A stretch of 32,071 nucleotides of DNA, from assembly GCA_938091905.1 (NCBI GenBank), contig CALKOM010000009.1:1-32071 (forward strand), written 5' to 3'. The position numbers and the translations under genes are program-made. Source of the DNA: an uncultured Verrucomicrobiales bacterium. Its GTDB lineage: Bacteria; Verrucomicrobiota; Verrucomicrobiia; Verrucomicrobiales; DEV007. How positions within the stretch are numbered: position 1 is the first letter of the stretch; each line of letters begins with the position of its first letter. Below the pieces are notes generated by a model that searched no databases, was not told the origin of the DNA, and was given only the letters and a program-made list of their open reading frames with translations. Shown here one piece after another: positions 8,067 through 18,052 of this stretch.

Positions 8067-9920
8067 TTAGGGCGTCTCGCGTTGTGGAGTGCGCATCCAC
8101 TCGACAATGAGTCCTATCTCGCGATCTGACAACTTCGCAGGCTTATCATTCACCGCTCCGTAACTCGGCATGCGGTCATTTCGATCACCATAAAAGCGTT
8201 TGTGTGAAGGGTCTTGAATGAAGGCGGTCATCCACTCGACAGAACCATAGCCAGTAAGATCTGGGCGTCGCCCCTCTCCCTGGAAATGATGGCAATCCAA
8301 ACACGTCAGTTCCTCTAGCAACTCCGGCAGCTGAGTAATCGTTTCACTGGCTGCGGCATCCAACTCGACTTGAGCTGGCAACTTTGCTTCCGCTGACAGG
8401 CCGACAATCAGTTCTTCTAACATCGTCTTCTCTTCATCGCCGTACTCTGCCACCTCATCAAATAGAAAGTCGACCATCTTACTCTTCTTATCCCCTTCTT
8501 CGGGATTCACGAAGGCCGTGTTTCCCCAATACTTGTCCGTCTCTATATGATCGGGGGACATAAACTCAGTTAGCCACTCACGGCTAGCAAAGCCCTTGAG
8601 ATCAGCGGCAGATGTCTCTTTCACGGCGACTCCGAGACCATCCTCGCCGCCATAGGCGTGGCACGACGCACAATTCGACGCAAACAGGCGTGGCCCCTGG
8701 GTGAGAGGGTCATTCTGCAACAACGATAGGGCACCCTCTGGTGGAATGCCTCCGTTCGCCTTGACCAAAGCTTTTACACGCGCAGCATCGCGGTTCGCTT
8801 GTTCTACGGAAGCCGCAAATCCCGGCGCATAGTCTGGATCATTGTAATCGTGATCGAACGCAATGTAAGTCAGCGCGACAAATCCCACGATGCACAGAAT
8901 TAGAAAGAAGGTCGCACAAAAGTCCCCTAAACGCCAGTTGACGACCGGAAGGCGCCACTTCATAGCTCCAACAAATGGCAGCATCATGAAGATACCAAAC
9001 AAGGCTCCTGGCACAATCACCGCCCCCCAGATTGGTGCTGCGATTCCCAGAATGGTCTCATTCCCGGGGAAATACTTCAGCAGTTGAAAAAGAAACATAA
9101 AGTACCAGTCTGGACGGGCCGATGAGAAGTTCTCTGCTGGGTTGGCCGGCGCGCTGAGATGAGCCCCGTGTTGCCAAAACACGAAGACAAGCACCACCAT
9201 CAATACCGCAAGACAAGCGACCGCATCTTTAAGAATCTGATCTGGCCAAAAATAGACGTCCGGCCCCTTCTTCGGCTGCTTCACCTTGAGCCCATGACGC
9301 CGGAACAGGTAGATATGCCCGACGATCAAGCCGATAAGCAAAAACGGAAGCACCCCCGCATGCAGGGCAAAGAAGCGCGTCAATGTGTAATGGCCATACT
9401 CGGATCCGCCGACGACGAGGCGTTGCAGGGAGTCTCCGATGAATGGCACGGTGCTTGTCAGGCTGGTCGCAACCTTTGTGGCCCAATAGCCCTTTTGATC
9501 CCAAGGTAGGAGGTAACCAGTGAGTGACATGGCCAAAGTAATGCCTAAAAGCCCCATTCCAAACCAGAAATTGATCTCTCGCGGCGCCCTATAGGCTCCA
9601 TCGATCACTACTTGGAGTAGATGTAGTAGAAGCAGCACCGTCATGACTTGAGCTGTCCAATGATGAATTCCCCTGAGAATCCAACCGCCGGGGACCTCTT
9701 CCTGAATGAAGTAAACACTTTCCCAAGCAGTCTGCGAACTTGGGCTATAGAACATCCATAGGATGATGCCCGTAATAAACTGCATCACGATAGCAAACGT
9801 CAGCGTACTCCCCCAGACATAACGCCATCTCGCCCCGCCGGGCACGCTCTCAAAGAGCGCGTCTTTAACGAAGCCGCGATAACCCGTGCGCTCGTCCAAC
9901 CAATTGAAGATTCCTTTCAT
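8067..9920 (-). CDS. Rieske/cytochrome b complex cytochrome b (b6 + subunit IV-like) fused to a C-terminal di-heme cytochrome c
   Basis: ATG at 9920 (MKGIFNWLDERTG). Heme b ligands RGIHHW...LLHL and FALHAG...GHIY; GYLLPWDQKGYWA; Qo motif RPDWY; c-type motifs CASCH and CLDCH. Confidence 0.93.
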   Translation of the reverse strand: MKGIFNWLDERTGYRGFVKDALFESVPGGARWRYVWGSTLTFAIVMQFITGIILWMFYSPSSQTAWESVYFIQEEVPGGWILRGIHHWTAQVMTVLLLLHLLQVVIDGAYRAPREINFWFGMGLLGITLAMSLTGYLLPWDQKGYWATKVATSLTSTVPFIGDSLQRLVVGGSEYGHYTLTRFFALHAGVLPFLLIGLIVGHIYLFRRHGLKVKQPKKGPDVYFWPDQILKDAVACLAVLMVVLVFVFWQHGAHLSAPANPAENFSSARPDWYFMFLFQLLKYFPGNETILGIAAPIWGAVIVPGALFGIFMMLPFVGAMKWRLPVVNWRLGDFCATFFLILCIVGFVALTYIAFDHDYNDPDYAPGFAASVEQANRDAARVKALVKANGGIPPEGALSLLQNDPLTQGPRLFASNCASCHAYGGEDGLGVAVKETSAADLKGFASREWLTEFMSPDHIETDKYWGNTAFVNPEEGDKKSKMVDFLFDEVAEYGDEEKTMLEELIVGLSAEAKLPAQVELDAAASETITQLPELLEELTCLDCHHFQGEGRRPDLTGYGSVEWMTAFIQDPSHKRFYGDRNDRMPSYGAVNDKPAKLSDREIGLIVEWMRTPQRETP

Positions 9921-9940
9921 CGTTTCCGGCGATCTGTGAG

Positions 9941-10528
9941 TTAAGCGACAGGGATCTTGTCTGTAACGTTTGGTTTGAACTTCAAATAAATAACCCAAAG
10001 TTCATCGTCTTCTATCTCAACCTCGAGCGAATCAAGTCCTCGCGGGCTTGGGCTGGATTGATTCAACACCTCTCCTGTAGTGGCAAAGGTGCTATCGTGA
10101 CACGGGCATGAATAGCCTTCCGCACCATCAAGAAACTCCACAGCACAACCGAGGTGAGGACAGGTAGAATTAAACGCCTGGAAATCGCTCGGCGTATTCC
10201 CTTGCCCGGTTCGTTGCACGTAAACGCTGCCAATTTCTGATGTGTGATGCTTTGTCCAGGCGTCCTGACGTTCGGTCACCACCTTGAACAGCTTTGGTGG
10301 TCCGCCAACCTCAAGCGAATCAATCGAAGTCAATCGTACCTTTAACCCTCCCACCGATTTGTCGAAAAGCGGACTTACGAGCACGGTTATCGCGGATCCA
10401 GCGGGAACCAAGGTCACCACACCGCCCAAGGCGACGCAGGCGGCTTTTTGAAGAAAGTCTCGACGATCTTCCTCCGGTTCTTCTGAAGAATTAGACTCGG
10501 GTTCATCGACGTTCTCTGAAGTATCCAT
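9941..10528 (-). CDS. Rieske 2Fe-2S subunit of the quinol:cytochrome c reductase
   Basis: Tat-type RRDFL followed by a TM helix; Rieske boxes CPHLGC and CPCHDS; directly upstream of cytochrome b. Confidence 0.93.
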   Translation of the reverse strand: MDTSENVDEPESNSSEEPEEDRRDFLQKAACVALGGVVTLVPAGSAITVLVSPLFDKSVGGLKVRLTSIDSLEVGGPPKLFKVVTERQDAWTKHHTSEIGSVYVQRTGQGNTPSDFQAFNSTCPHLGCAVEFLDGAEGYSCPCHDSTFATTGEVLNQSSPSPRGLDSLEVEIEDDELWVIYLKFKPNVTDKIPVA

Positions 10529-10617
10529 GTGATCTTGGGGAGACAGCTACGGCTCAGCCATAATTGGGTCAAGAGCTGAGGAGTCTTCGGATTCAACCCC
10601 AAGATCGCGCAAAGATC

Positions 10618-12003
10618 TCAGCCTTCGTTGTGCTTCCCCACTGGACGGGCCTTCCTCTTGAGTTGCTCATCAAACGTGTGCATGCGTTCGCTAAGTCGCT
10701 TGACCATTTCAGAGTGCTGATCAGCGAGATTGGTAGTCTCTCCAATATCTTCGCCCAAATGATAGAGCTCTACTGAATGTTTCCGTGTGCCCTGCTTTCC
10801 TTGAATATGCAATTTCCAATCACCATGGCGCACAGCAACCAAGCGTTGTCCCTTGTAAAAATAGTAATAGTCATGAGATGGTCTGGAGTCTGGAGCACCG
10901 CTCATGATGGGCCAAATATCCCGCCCATCGATCACACGATCACTTGGCTGGGTGGTCCCAGCCAGTTTCGCAAAAGTCGGCAAGAGATCGATGGAGGCGG
11001 CCAAGGTGTCCGTGACCGTACCGGGCGGAATCTTTCCGGGCCAACGCATGAGACAAGGCACCCGCATGCCACCTTCGTAAGTCGAGAATTTGTAGCCGCG
11101 CAACGGATAGGCGCTGCCGCCACGGCCACGATTAAGCTTCCATGGTCCGTTGTCCGACGTGAAAATCACCAAGGTATCCTCATCCACTCCGTGCTTCTTC
11201 AGGGCTTGGAGAATCTGGCCCACGCTCCAGTCGATCTCCTCAATCGTGTCACCGTAGAGGCCGCGAGCACTCTGTCCACGAAACGCCTCCGAGGCAAAGA
11301 GTGGGATGTGAGGCATGGTTTGAGGCATGTAGAGAAAGAACGGCTTGGCTTTGTTTTCCTCAATGAACGTTAAGGCCTCTTCTGTGTATCGCTTTGTCAG
11401 CGTCGTTTGATCGGCCGGATATTCGACCACTTCCTTGTTTCGCATGAGAGGAACCCAATTCTTGGGATGCTTCTCTAGACTAGCAATACGCTCTTTGGAC
11501 ATGCCCGCTCGAAAGACAATGTCATTAGACAACGTCGCCTCAGGATCAATCGTCATATCATTGCTATAGGGAATACCAAAGTAGTGATCGAATCCCTGCG
11601 CCGTCGGTAGCAACGACGGCTTGTGTCCAAGATGCCACTTGCCAAAGCATGCGGTCGCGTAACCCTGCCCTTTTAGGAGATTAGCAATAGTGATTTCATC
11701 AGGATTAAGCCCCGTATCATGTCGAGGAAAGAGCACGCCTGGAACGTTCACCCTCGTGGGGTAACAGCCTGTCAGCAACGCGGCACGCGATGGCGAACAT
11801 ACAGAATTTGCCGAGTAAAAGCTCGTGAACTTTCGCCCTTCTGCGGCCATGCGATCGAGGTGGGGCGTCTTGATCAGAGGCGAGCCGAAACAACCGAGAT
11901 CTTCATAGCCTTGGTCATCCGTGAAGATGAGAACGATGTTCGGCTGGCGTTCCATGGCAGACAGCGACGAGATGATCGTCAGAAAGGAAATAAGGTATCG
12001 CAT
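10618..12003 (-). CDS. Arylsulfatase (formylglycine-dependent S1 family), secreted
   Basis: Signal peptide, PNIVLIFTDDQG, signature CSPSRAALLTG, GKWHLG, FTSDNGP, YEGGMRVP. Confidence 0.95.
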   Translation of the reverse strand: MRYLISFLTIISSLSAMERQPNIVLIFTDDQGYEDLGCFGSPLIKTPHLDRMAAEGRKFTSFYSANSVCSPSRAALLTGCYPTRVNVPGVLFPRHDTGLNPDEITIANLLKGQGYATACFGKWHLGHKPSLLPTAQGFDHYFGIPYSNDMTIDPEATLSNDIVFRAGMSKERIASLEKHPKNWVPLMRNKEVVEYPADQTTLTKRYTEEALTFIEENKAKPFFLYMPQTMPHIPLFASEAFRGQSARGLYGDTIEEIDWSVGQILQALKKHGVDEDTLVIFTSDNGPWKLNRGRGGSAYPLRGYKFSTYEGGMRVPCLMRWPGKIPPGTVTDTLAASIDLLPTFAKLAGTTQPSDRVIDGRDIWPIMSGAPDSRPSHDYYYFYKGQRLVAVRHGDWKLHIQGKQGTRKHSVELYHLGEDIGETTNLADQHSEMVKRLSERMHTFDEQLKRKARPVGKHNEG

Positions 12004-12042
12004 GCCTCGGGCTAGCGAATAGTTCCCTAGATTGTCAATCGC

Positions 12043-12570
12043 TCAGTATTCAGAGGTTGGATCCAGCGCCATCTTAAATCCTGATCCTGAAGGAACAAAC
12101 GCGACCTTCTGATACGAGGAGACAAGACGCTCTAACTCTTCAACAAAATCACCCGAAACAACTCGACCAGACAATGAAGCGATAAGAGACCTCGCCGAGG
12201 CCTCCCGCTTGCTAGCGTGGTAGGCGGCTAGTAGACGGAACTTCAGACAGAGATCGCTCGGCATCTGCTTCAGGGCCATCTCATAATGCTTGGCCGCCTG
12301 TGAGTAGTTTCCACGTTTCTCAGCTGCCTTCCCAGCCGCTGAGAAAGACCGAGGCGCTTTTGTGACCACTAAATGGTCCCACAGATACTTGAGGAATATC
12401 ACCAGGCCCACAACCAGAGGCAGCTTGATATAGATCTGAGCTGGCATCCGCAAGCAGAACGACAGGACGAAGATACCCAAGAGCACAAGACCGATGCGAC
12501 AAAGCAGCATGAGCAAGTCTTGAGGGGCCGAAGAATCCCTCCGTATGCAGTCTCTATCGTGGATGCCCAT
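12043..12570 (-). CDS. Hypothetical membrane protein, two TM helices plus a TPR-like helix pair
   Basis: 175-aa ORF fills the gap between neighbouring same-strand genes. Two hydrophobic segments, then AGKAAEKRGNYSQAAKHYEMALKQMP (TPR-like). Confidence 0.6.
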   Translation of the reverse strand: MGIHDRDCIRRDSSAPQDLLMLLCRIGLVLLGIFVLSFCLRMPAQIYIKLPLVVGLVIFLKYLWDHLVVTKAPRSFSAAGKAAEKRGNYSQAAKHYEMALKQMPSDLCLKFRLLAAYHASKREASARSLIASLSGRVVSGDFVEELERLVSSYQKVAFVPSGSGFKMALDPTSEY

Positions 12571-12597
12571 AGAAGGACACCATAGTCAGCTCGTTGG

Positions 12598-15500
12598 CTA
12601 CTCTTGGTCAAGCACTAGACTCTCGCGAATGAAGTCGACGAGAAGTCTATCATAGTGTTTTCCGTAAAGGCCATGGCGCATGGTGGGATAAAACATGACG
12701 TCAAAGTCTTTGTCAGCATCTTGAAGCGCCTTGACGAGCTGGGTGGCATTCTGTAGGTGCACATTGTCATCCATGATGCCGTGGAGTAGCAGTAACTTGC
12801 CATGGAGATTCTCAGCCGCCTTGGCCACCGAGGTGCCTTCGTAGCCATCGGGATTCTCCTGGGGTGTGTTCATGTATCGCTCGGTGTAAATGCTATCATA
12901 GTATGTCCAATCTGTGACCGGCGCCCCTGAAATGCCAGCGGCGAAGAGCTTGGAATGGGTTAGGGCGTAGGCGGTCATGAAGCCTCCGTAGCTGTGCCCA
13001 TGCATGCCCACACGACTCCCGTCAACCCACTCGTGTTTGGTCAGCCAGTTGATGCCTTCTTCGATATCCTTCATTTCCTGGACACCTAGCTGTTTGTAGG
13101 CCGTCCAGGCTGACTCAGCGCCTTTGCCGCTCGCGCTACGTGGATCCATACGAAAGACAACCAGCCCCATTTGAGCCAGCATTTGTTCCGTCATGCGTGA
13201 GCGCCCCCAGGAGTTTCTCACCACAGGCGCGTGAGGGCCGGCATAGGTTCGAAACCAGACTGGATAAGTCTTTGTCGGATCAAAGTTAGATGGTTTTGTG
13301 ACGATGGCTTCCATGAGAAAGCCATCCTCTGTCGGAATCTGATGAAAATTGGTTTCCGCAAATTTATATTCCTCGCGCTTGTATGCTGGATTATCATCTA
13401 ACACTCGAACTATCTTGCCGGTCGACGCCTCATGGAGGCGGACTTGGGCAGGTGTGTTGAAATCACTCCAAGTGTCGACGAAGTGCTTGCCGTCCTTGGC
13501 CACTTGCACGCGATGACTACCATCGGCTTCAGTGAGACGTTTGATCTCCTTTCCGTCCAAGCCCACGGAGTAAAGATTCTCGGCAATATGAGAATCCTTC
13601 GTGCCCGTGAAGAGAATGGTCGCAGCGTCCTCGTCCAGGTGATGAACGCGGCGCACTTCCCATTTACCAGAGGTGAGCGGTTGCCATTCTGCTGACTCTT
13701 TGCCAAATCGATAGAGGTGTCTCCAACCTGTCCGTTCACTAGCAATAATGATATCATCATTTTTGAGCCAATGCGCTTTTCCCGGACTCTCAACCCAGGC
13801 CTTGGTCGTCTCTCTAAACCATCGCTCGCCCTCACCTCCGCCCGACGAGCAAGTCACAAAGTCTAGCCACGTCTGAGCCCTGTCTTGCATGTAGTAGTAG
13901 ATCCCCTTTCCCTCGGGTCTCCAGCCAACATGACTGATGATAAACGTCCCTGGCGTGTAGCCTGACAAATCCACCCAATCGGTGCCGCCACCAGCGACGT
14001 GGGTGACCCCTAACTGAATGTCAGGATTGGGATCGCCTGCCTTGGGATGACGCATGCGTTCAAGATCACCATGCAGAGGCAAGGTATTCAGTGCATGAAA
14101 GAACGGCAAACGCGATTCATCAAAGCGATGATAGGCAAGGTGGCGCGAATCCGGGCTCCACCAGAAAGCTTTCCAGCTCCGCCTATAGAGTTCTTCAAAG
14201 TAGACCCAAGCCGCTTTACCATTCGAAATATCCTTGCCACCTTCATCCGTGGTCAAGGCCCGTTCCGTGGCGGTGAGAACGTCGACCACATAAAGGTTTC
14301 CATTTCTAACAAAAGCAACATACTCGCCATCAGGGCTAAACGTGCCCAACTCTTCATCTCCGGGGGACGACGTGAGCCTGCGCGCAGGTTCTCCAACGAA
14401 CGAGACGTGATAGAGATCATCTTTGTAAGTCAGGAGTCCGCCCGTTCGCTGATCGTTCATGGACCACGACGTTCTTGCCGAGAATCTTTCCACCTCGTCT
14501 TCCGTTAGTGCAGGAATCGCTTCTAGAGACTTAGCAAGAGCTTGAGGCGAGAAATAGCGCTCGGCACGTCCGCTAATAGCATCGACACGCTCTAAGTTGC
14601 CATCGCGTTGCTGGAGGAAACTTTGACTATCGTCAAGCCACGTCACTTTTGTTGTGTTTCCGTTAAAATCTACCAAATCCTCGCCATGCAAGGTCTCGAA
14701 GGTGATCTTCTGATCCATCTTTCGATCTTCCTCGAGAGGCCGCACGTCGCCTGTCAGCAATGTTTGCGCGTGACGCTTCTCTAATCGGAGAACAGGATAA
14801 GTACCCTGTTCGTTAGCTGACAGTAGCCCCCATGTCGTGAGACCGTCTTCCGCCTGCGGCTCTAGCAGAAATCCCGCAAGCCGACCGAGGTCTTGATCCG
14901 TGTAAACGACCGCAGTACCGGCACTCATTCGACGAGTCTGTTCGGACAAACCCACCACCGGCACACTCACTAAATAATGGCCCTGAAAGCTTTCTGTTGC
15001 TGTTTGCGGATCGATCAACGTCTGCTCGGTCACGGTGAGATCCAGGTCTTCACGCAGTTCCTGCACTTCGACCCCATGACATTGTAACAGCTGAATAACC
15101 TTAGTTTTTCCAGCCGGAATCAGATAGGCTTCCGGCAAGGTGACTGAAAGCGTGGGGGCGGACTTGCCCCAATATTCGATCAAATAGTCTTTGGCTTCGT
15201 CAGTCAGTTTCCCGTCTTTCTCAACCACGCCTTTCGCCACCCATTTCTCCTCAAATGAGGTGAGGCGATGCTTAAGGACAACTTCCTTTACCGGCTTACT
15301 CGCTTTGGTGAGAAGCTTCGAAATCTTGTCCCGCTGTTTCTCCGCTAGAATCAAGCATTCGTGCACGAAGTCTCGTGTAACCAAGACACGATCCTTGTAG
15401 GGCGCGTAGGCGTAGGCTTCTGACAGAATTCCGATCCGTTGTCGCATTCCGGCATAGTGGGCACCGTATCTGGGCAAGGCTGGGTAGGTCATCCAGCGCT

Positions 15501-16269
15501 GGTGATTGTCCTCGAAGTTCCCGTAGAAGAAAGAGTCGTAGCCTGAGCGATCGCGAAGTTTATCGCCCACCTTGGGAAGGAATGTTTCTCTTACATAATC
15601 AACCAAACGGGGATCGGTATTCGGATGGCGAGGACCTCCATAGGTCAATGTGTATCGATGGTGCGAGCCATTCGTCGTGTGTGTATCGATAATGACTTCA
15701 GGATCCCAATCCCGAAGCAGTTTGAGCAATGCCCGAGTTTCAGGGGCCTGCGCCTTAACATAGTCCCGGTTCAGATCGAGCCCTTGACTGTTGTGCCGCT
15801 CCCCCATCCCATCCTTTGGGCCATCCTGACCAGGGCGATTGTCGTGTGCCATCTGTTCATTTCCATCAGCGTTGTAGATGGGAGCGACCAGTAGGTTGAT
15901 GTTCTTGAGCAGTCCCGGTTTCTCGGCCCTAGCGAGGTCACGAGCAAGCATCAGGAGCGCTTCCTTGCCACACACTTCGCCGGCATGGATGTTTCCTAGG
16001 CAAAGTATTGTGAGACGGTCGTTAGGCTCTGTGATCCCGTCGTCGCTTAGAATGAGTAGCGGAAGACCTCGTTTCTCGCCCGATTGACCAAAGTTTGTAT
16101 GAACCACTCGCGGACTCTCTTCGGCGAGCGCGTTACAGAATGCGACGACTTCCGCGTGTGAACTCGTCGCCTCGTAGTGGCTACTTTCGGCCTTCGTTTC
16201 GAGTTCCGCCAACAAGGTGGATGAAATGAGGCCAGAAACGACAAGCGGGACGAGTAGACGAGTGATCAT
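12598..16269 (-). CDS. Secreted fusion protease: M14 Zn-carboxypeptidase domain + dipeptidyl peptidase IV (S9B) propeller and catalytic domains
   Basis: Start MITRLL at 16269 with signal peptide. M14 motifs NIHAGE, DLNRD, DTHTT, ILSEAY. S9B motifs WVYFEE, WWSPDS, PKAGDPNP, GHSYGG, DDNVH, MRHG. Confidence 0.92.
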   Translation of the reverse strand: MITRLLVPLVVSGLISSTLLAELETKAESSHYEATSSHAEVVAFCNALAEESPRVVHTNFGQSGEKRGLPLLILSDDGITEPNDRLTILCLGNIHAGEVCGKEALLMLARDLARAEKPGLLKNINLLVAPIYNADGNEQMAHDNRPGQDGPKDGMGERHNSQGLDLNRDYVKAQAPETRALLKLLRDWDPEVIIDTHTTNGSHHRYTLTYGGPRHPNTDPRLVDYVRETFLPKVGDKLRDRSGYDSFFYGNFEDNHQRWMTYPALPRYGAHYAGMRQRIGILSEAYAYAPYKDRVLVTRDFVHECLILAEKQRDKISKLLTKASKPVKEVVLKHRLTSFEEKWVAKGVVEKDGKLTDEAKDYLIEYWGKSAPTLSVTLPEAYLIPAGKTKVIQLLQCHGVEVQELREDLDLTVTEQTLIDPQTATESFQGHYLVSVPVVGLSEQTRRMSAGTAVVYTDQDLGRLAGFLLEPQAEDGLTTWGLLSANEQGTYPVLRLEKRHAQTLLTGDVRPLEEDRKMDQKITFETLHGEDLVDFNGNTTKVTWLDDSQSFLQQRDGNLERVDAISGRAERYFSPQALAKSLEAIPALTEDEVERFSARTSWSMNDQRTGGLLTYKDDLYHVSFVGEPARRLTSSPGDEELGTFSPDGEYVAFVRNGNLYVVDVLTATERALTTDEGGKDISNGKAAWVYFEELYRRSWKAFWWSPDSRHLAYHRFDESRLPFFHALNTLPLHGDLERMRHPKAGDPNPDIQLGVTHVAGGGTDWVDLSGYTPGTFIISHVGWRPEGKGIYYYMQDRAQTWLDFVTCSSGGGEGERWFRETTKAWVESPGKAHWLKNDDIIIASERTGWRHLYRFGKESAEWQPLTSGKWEVRRVHHLDEDAATILFTGTKDSHIAENLYSVGLDGKEIKRLTEADGSHRVQVAKDGKHFVDTWSDFNTPAQVRLHEASTGKIVRVLDDNPAYKREEYKFAETNFHQIPTEDGFLMEAIVTKPSNFDPTKTYPVWFRTYAGPHAPVVRNSWGRSRMTEQMLAQMGLVVFRMDPRSASGKGAESAWTAYKQLGVQEMKDIEEGINWLTKHEWVDGSRVGMHGHSYGGFMTAYALTHSKLFAAGISGAPVTDWTYYDSIYTERYMNTPQENPDGYEGTSVAKAAENLHGKLLLLHGIMDDNVHLQNATQLVKALQDADKDFDVMFYPTMRHGLYGKHYDRLLVDFIRESLVLDQE

Positions 16270-16529
16270 GGGCTGGCTCGAACGATGCATCTTGCTTGGT
16301 CAAGATCCACAAAGGAAGCCTTACATTGCAGAATGCCTTGTGCTCGGCCAAACCACCTCTCAGAACTGATAACGAGCCTCATGCCAGCGTCGCCAATGCG
16401 ACGCGGATTCCGGCATCCATTCATAGGCAACCTGCGGAGAAGTGGGTACCTCCTCCCCTCGATGATCTCCCATCGCGCACCTTCAACCCTAAAAAATCCT
16501 GCCCATGGTTCTGGGAGGGGTCGTGTGGC

Positions 16530-17810
16530 TTTGCTGCGCGGGGATTTCAAGTGAAGACGTTCTGGACGATCTTGATGAGGCCCTGAACCGCATTCCCATG
16601 GGTGATCCGGCAATCGATGCCCATTTCAAGCGTGAAGGTCCAAAGGCATGACCACGGTCGACCTGGATGCCGATGGGCATCTCGATCTCGTGGTGGGCAA
16701 TCTCGATGCGACCATCACGCTGCTGTTTGGCGATGGGACGGGCAGTTTTCCCACGGTGAAACATTTGCATACTGGCGGCAGATCGCTTCGAGGCGTCACT
16801 GTGGGAACTTTTACCTTTGACGAACGGCCTGACATTATGGCTGCTGACCCCTTTGTCGGCGTTGTCTTCACTTTTGAGAATCTGGGCTCCAGATCGTTCG
16901 GAGCTGGCGCTCACATCAACACGTGAGAGGAGGCGCGCGATCTTATCACTGGAGATTTCGACTGCCACGGCTGAGCTGAGTTGATCGTTGCGGGACCTAA
17001 CAAAGGCATGGTTCACTACCGGCCTAGCCTTGAGACAGCACCTACGCTCCCGTGGTTCGCCGAGGAGCAGATCATTGAAAGGCTAAACGAGTCTTCCGTC
17101 GTGGCCGTCTCGCATAGTCTTGGAGTTGTCCAACTTTACGAGGGTATCGAGACTGCCCATACTTCGAAGCGGAGCCAGCGGCGACCATTCAAGCGGAGGG
17201 GCGTGCACGTGACGTCGTTTTGACGGATGTCACTGGCGACGGCCAGAACGATCTTGCGATCGTACTCCGGGATGCCCACTTACTAGCCGTCCATGCAAAC
17301 CATGAGAGCAAGTTTTTCCCTCATCTCGGAATCGGTCCTCGGAGTGAGCCCTCGTGTTACTGTCGCCGGTGATTTCAACGGCGACGCATTCGTCGATCTG
17401 GCTGTGGTTAATCGTCACTCTGCTGATGTTAGCATTCTCAACCAACAAGATTTCTAACGCATACAAGATCAAGTGGTGTCATGGAATTAGTTGAAGCCAT
17501 CAACGTTCCCGCACTTCCTCCTAACACTGCCTACGCGCGCGTCGAAAACACTTCAGAATTCCGGGTAACGCCACCGACACCAATGCGCCCAAATGGTGCT
17601 CCCGGTATCACCATCTCAATCAACAGCAAAGAAATCAGCATTCACGCCGTCCCCGCGACGCTCCGGCCTTCGGTGTTGGAAACCTCAACCACCGTGCGGG
17701 CAGAAGGCTGGGAAACGTTACACAGCCCGATACCTGGCATCGAATTTGACTTCCACACGCCGCGCCAGAGCCAAAACTAAGTGTTCTTCCGTCTACGTGA
17801 ACTCCAATGA
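16530..17810 (+). pseudogene. Remnant of an FG-GAP/VCBS-repeat surface protein
   Basis: Repeats DLDADGHLDLVVGN, LITGDFDCHG*AELIVA and VAGDFNGDAFVDLAVVN (17368-17400) broken by stops (16924, 16972, 17221, 17778) and frameshifts; ends LETSTT...W...*VFFRLRELQ*. Confidence 0.75.
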
Positions 17811-17849
17811 TCTCATAAAGCCTGCAGCACCCCGTGCGGACGAAGAAAG

Positions 17850-17985
17850 GTCTCTTTGGCCAGAGGGATTCACGTGCTCTTAGTGAACTCTATCAGTGCT
17901 ATGCAGGACCTCTTTACAGCTACGCCTTCAAGATACTGGCAAACCATGAAGACGCGGAGGAAGTCTTGCAAGACACCTTCCGCTC
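17850..17985 (+). pseudogene. Fragment of an ECF RNA polymerase sigma factor (region 1.2/2.1-2.2)
   Basis: GQRDSRALSELYQCYAGPLYSYAFKILANHEDAEEVLQDTF matches the ECF sigma region 2 consensus (DAEDxxQETF). Region 4 is absent. Confidence 0.75.
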
Positions 17986-18052
17986 GACCTTCTCGTTTCA
18001 AAGAAAGGGCCGCTTTCGACAGAGCGTCACGGCGTGTTCCGTGGCTTGATAA

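Noticed and set aside
649..17810. Stop-codon reassignment or programmed readthrough as the cause of in-frame stops in the integrase and FG-GAP remnants
   Set aside because: The stops include TAA, TAG and TGA, occur alongside frameshifts and deletions, and intact genes in the window terminate normally at all three codons.
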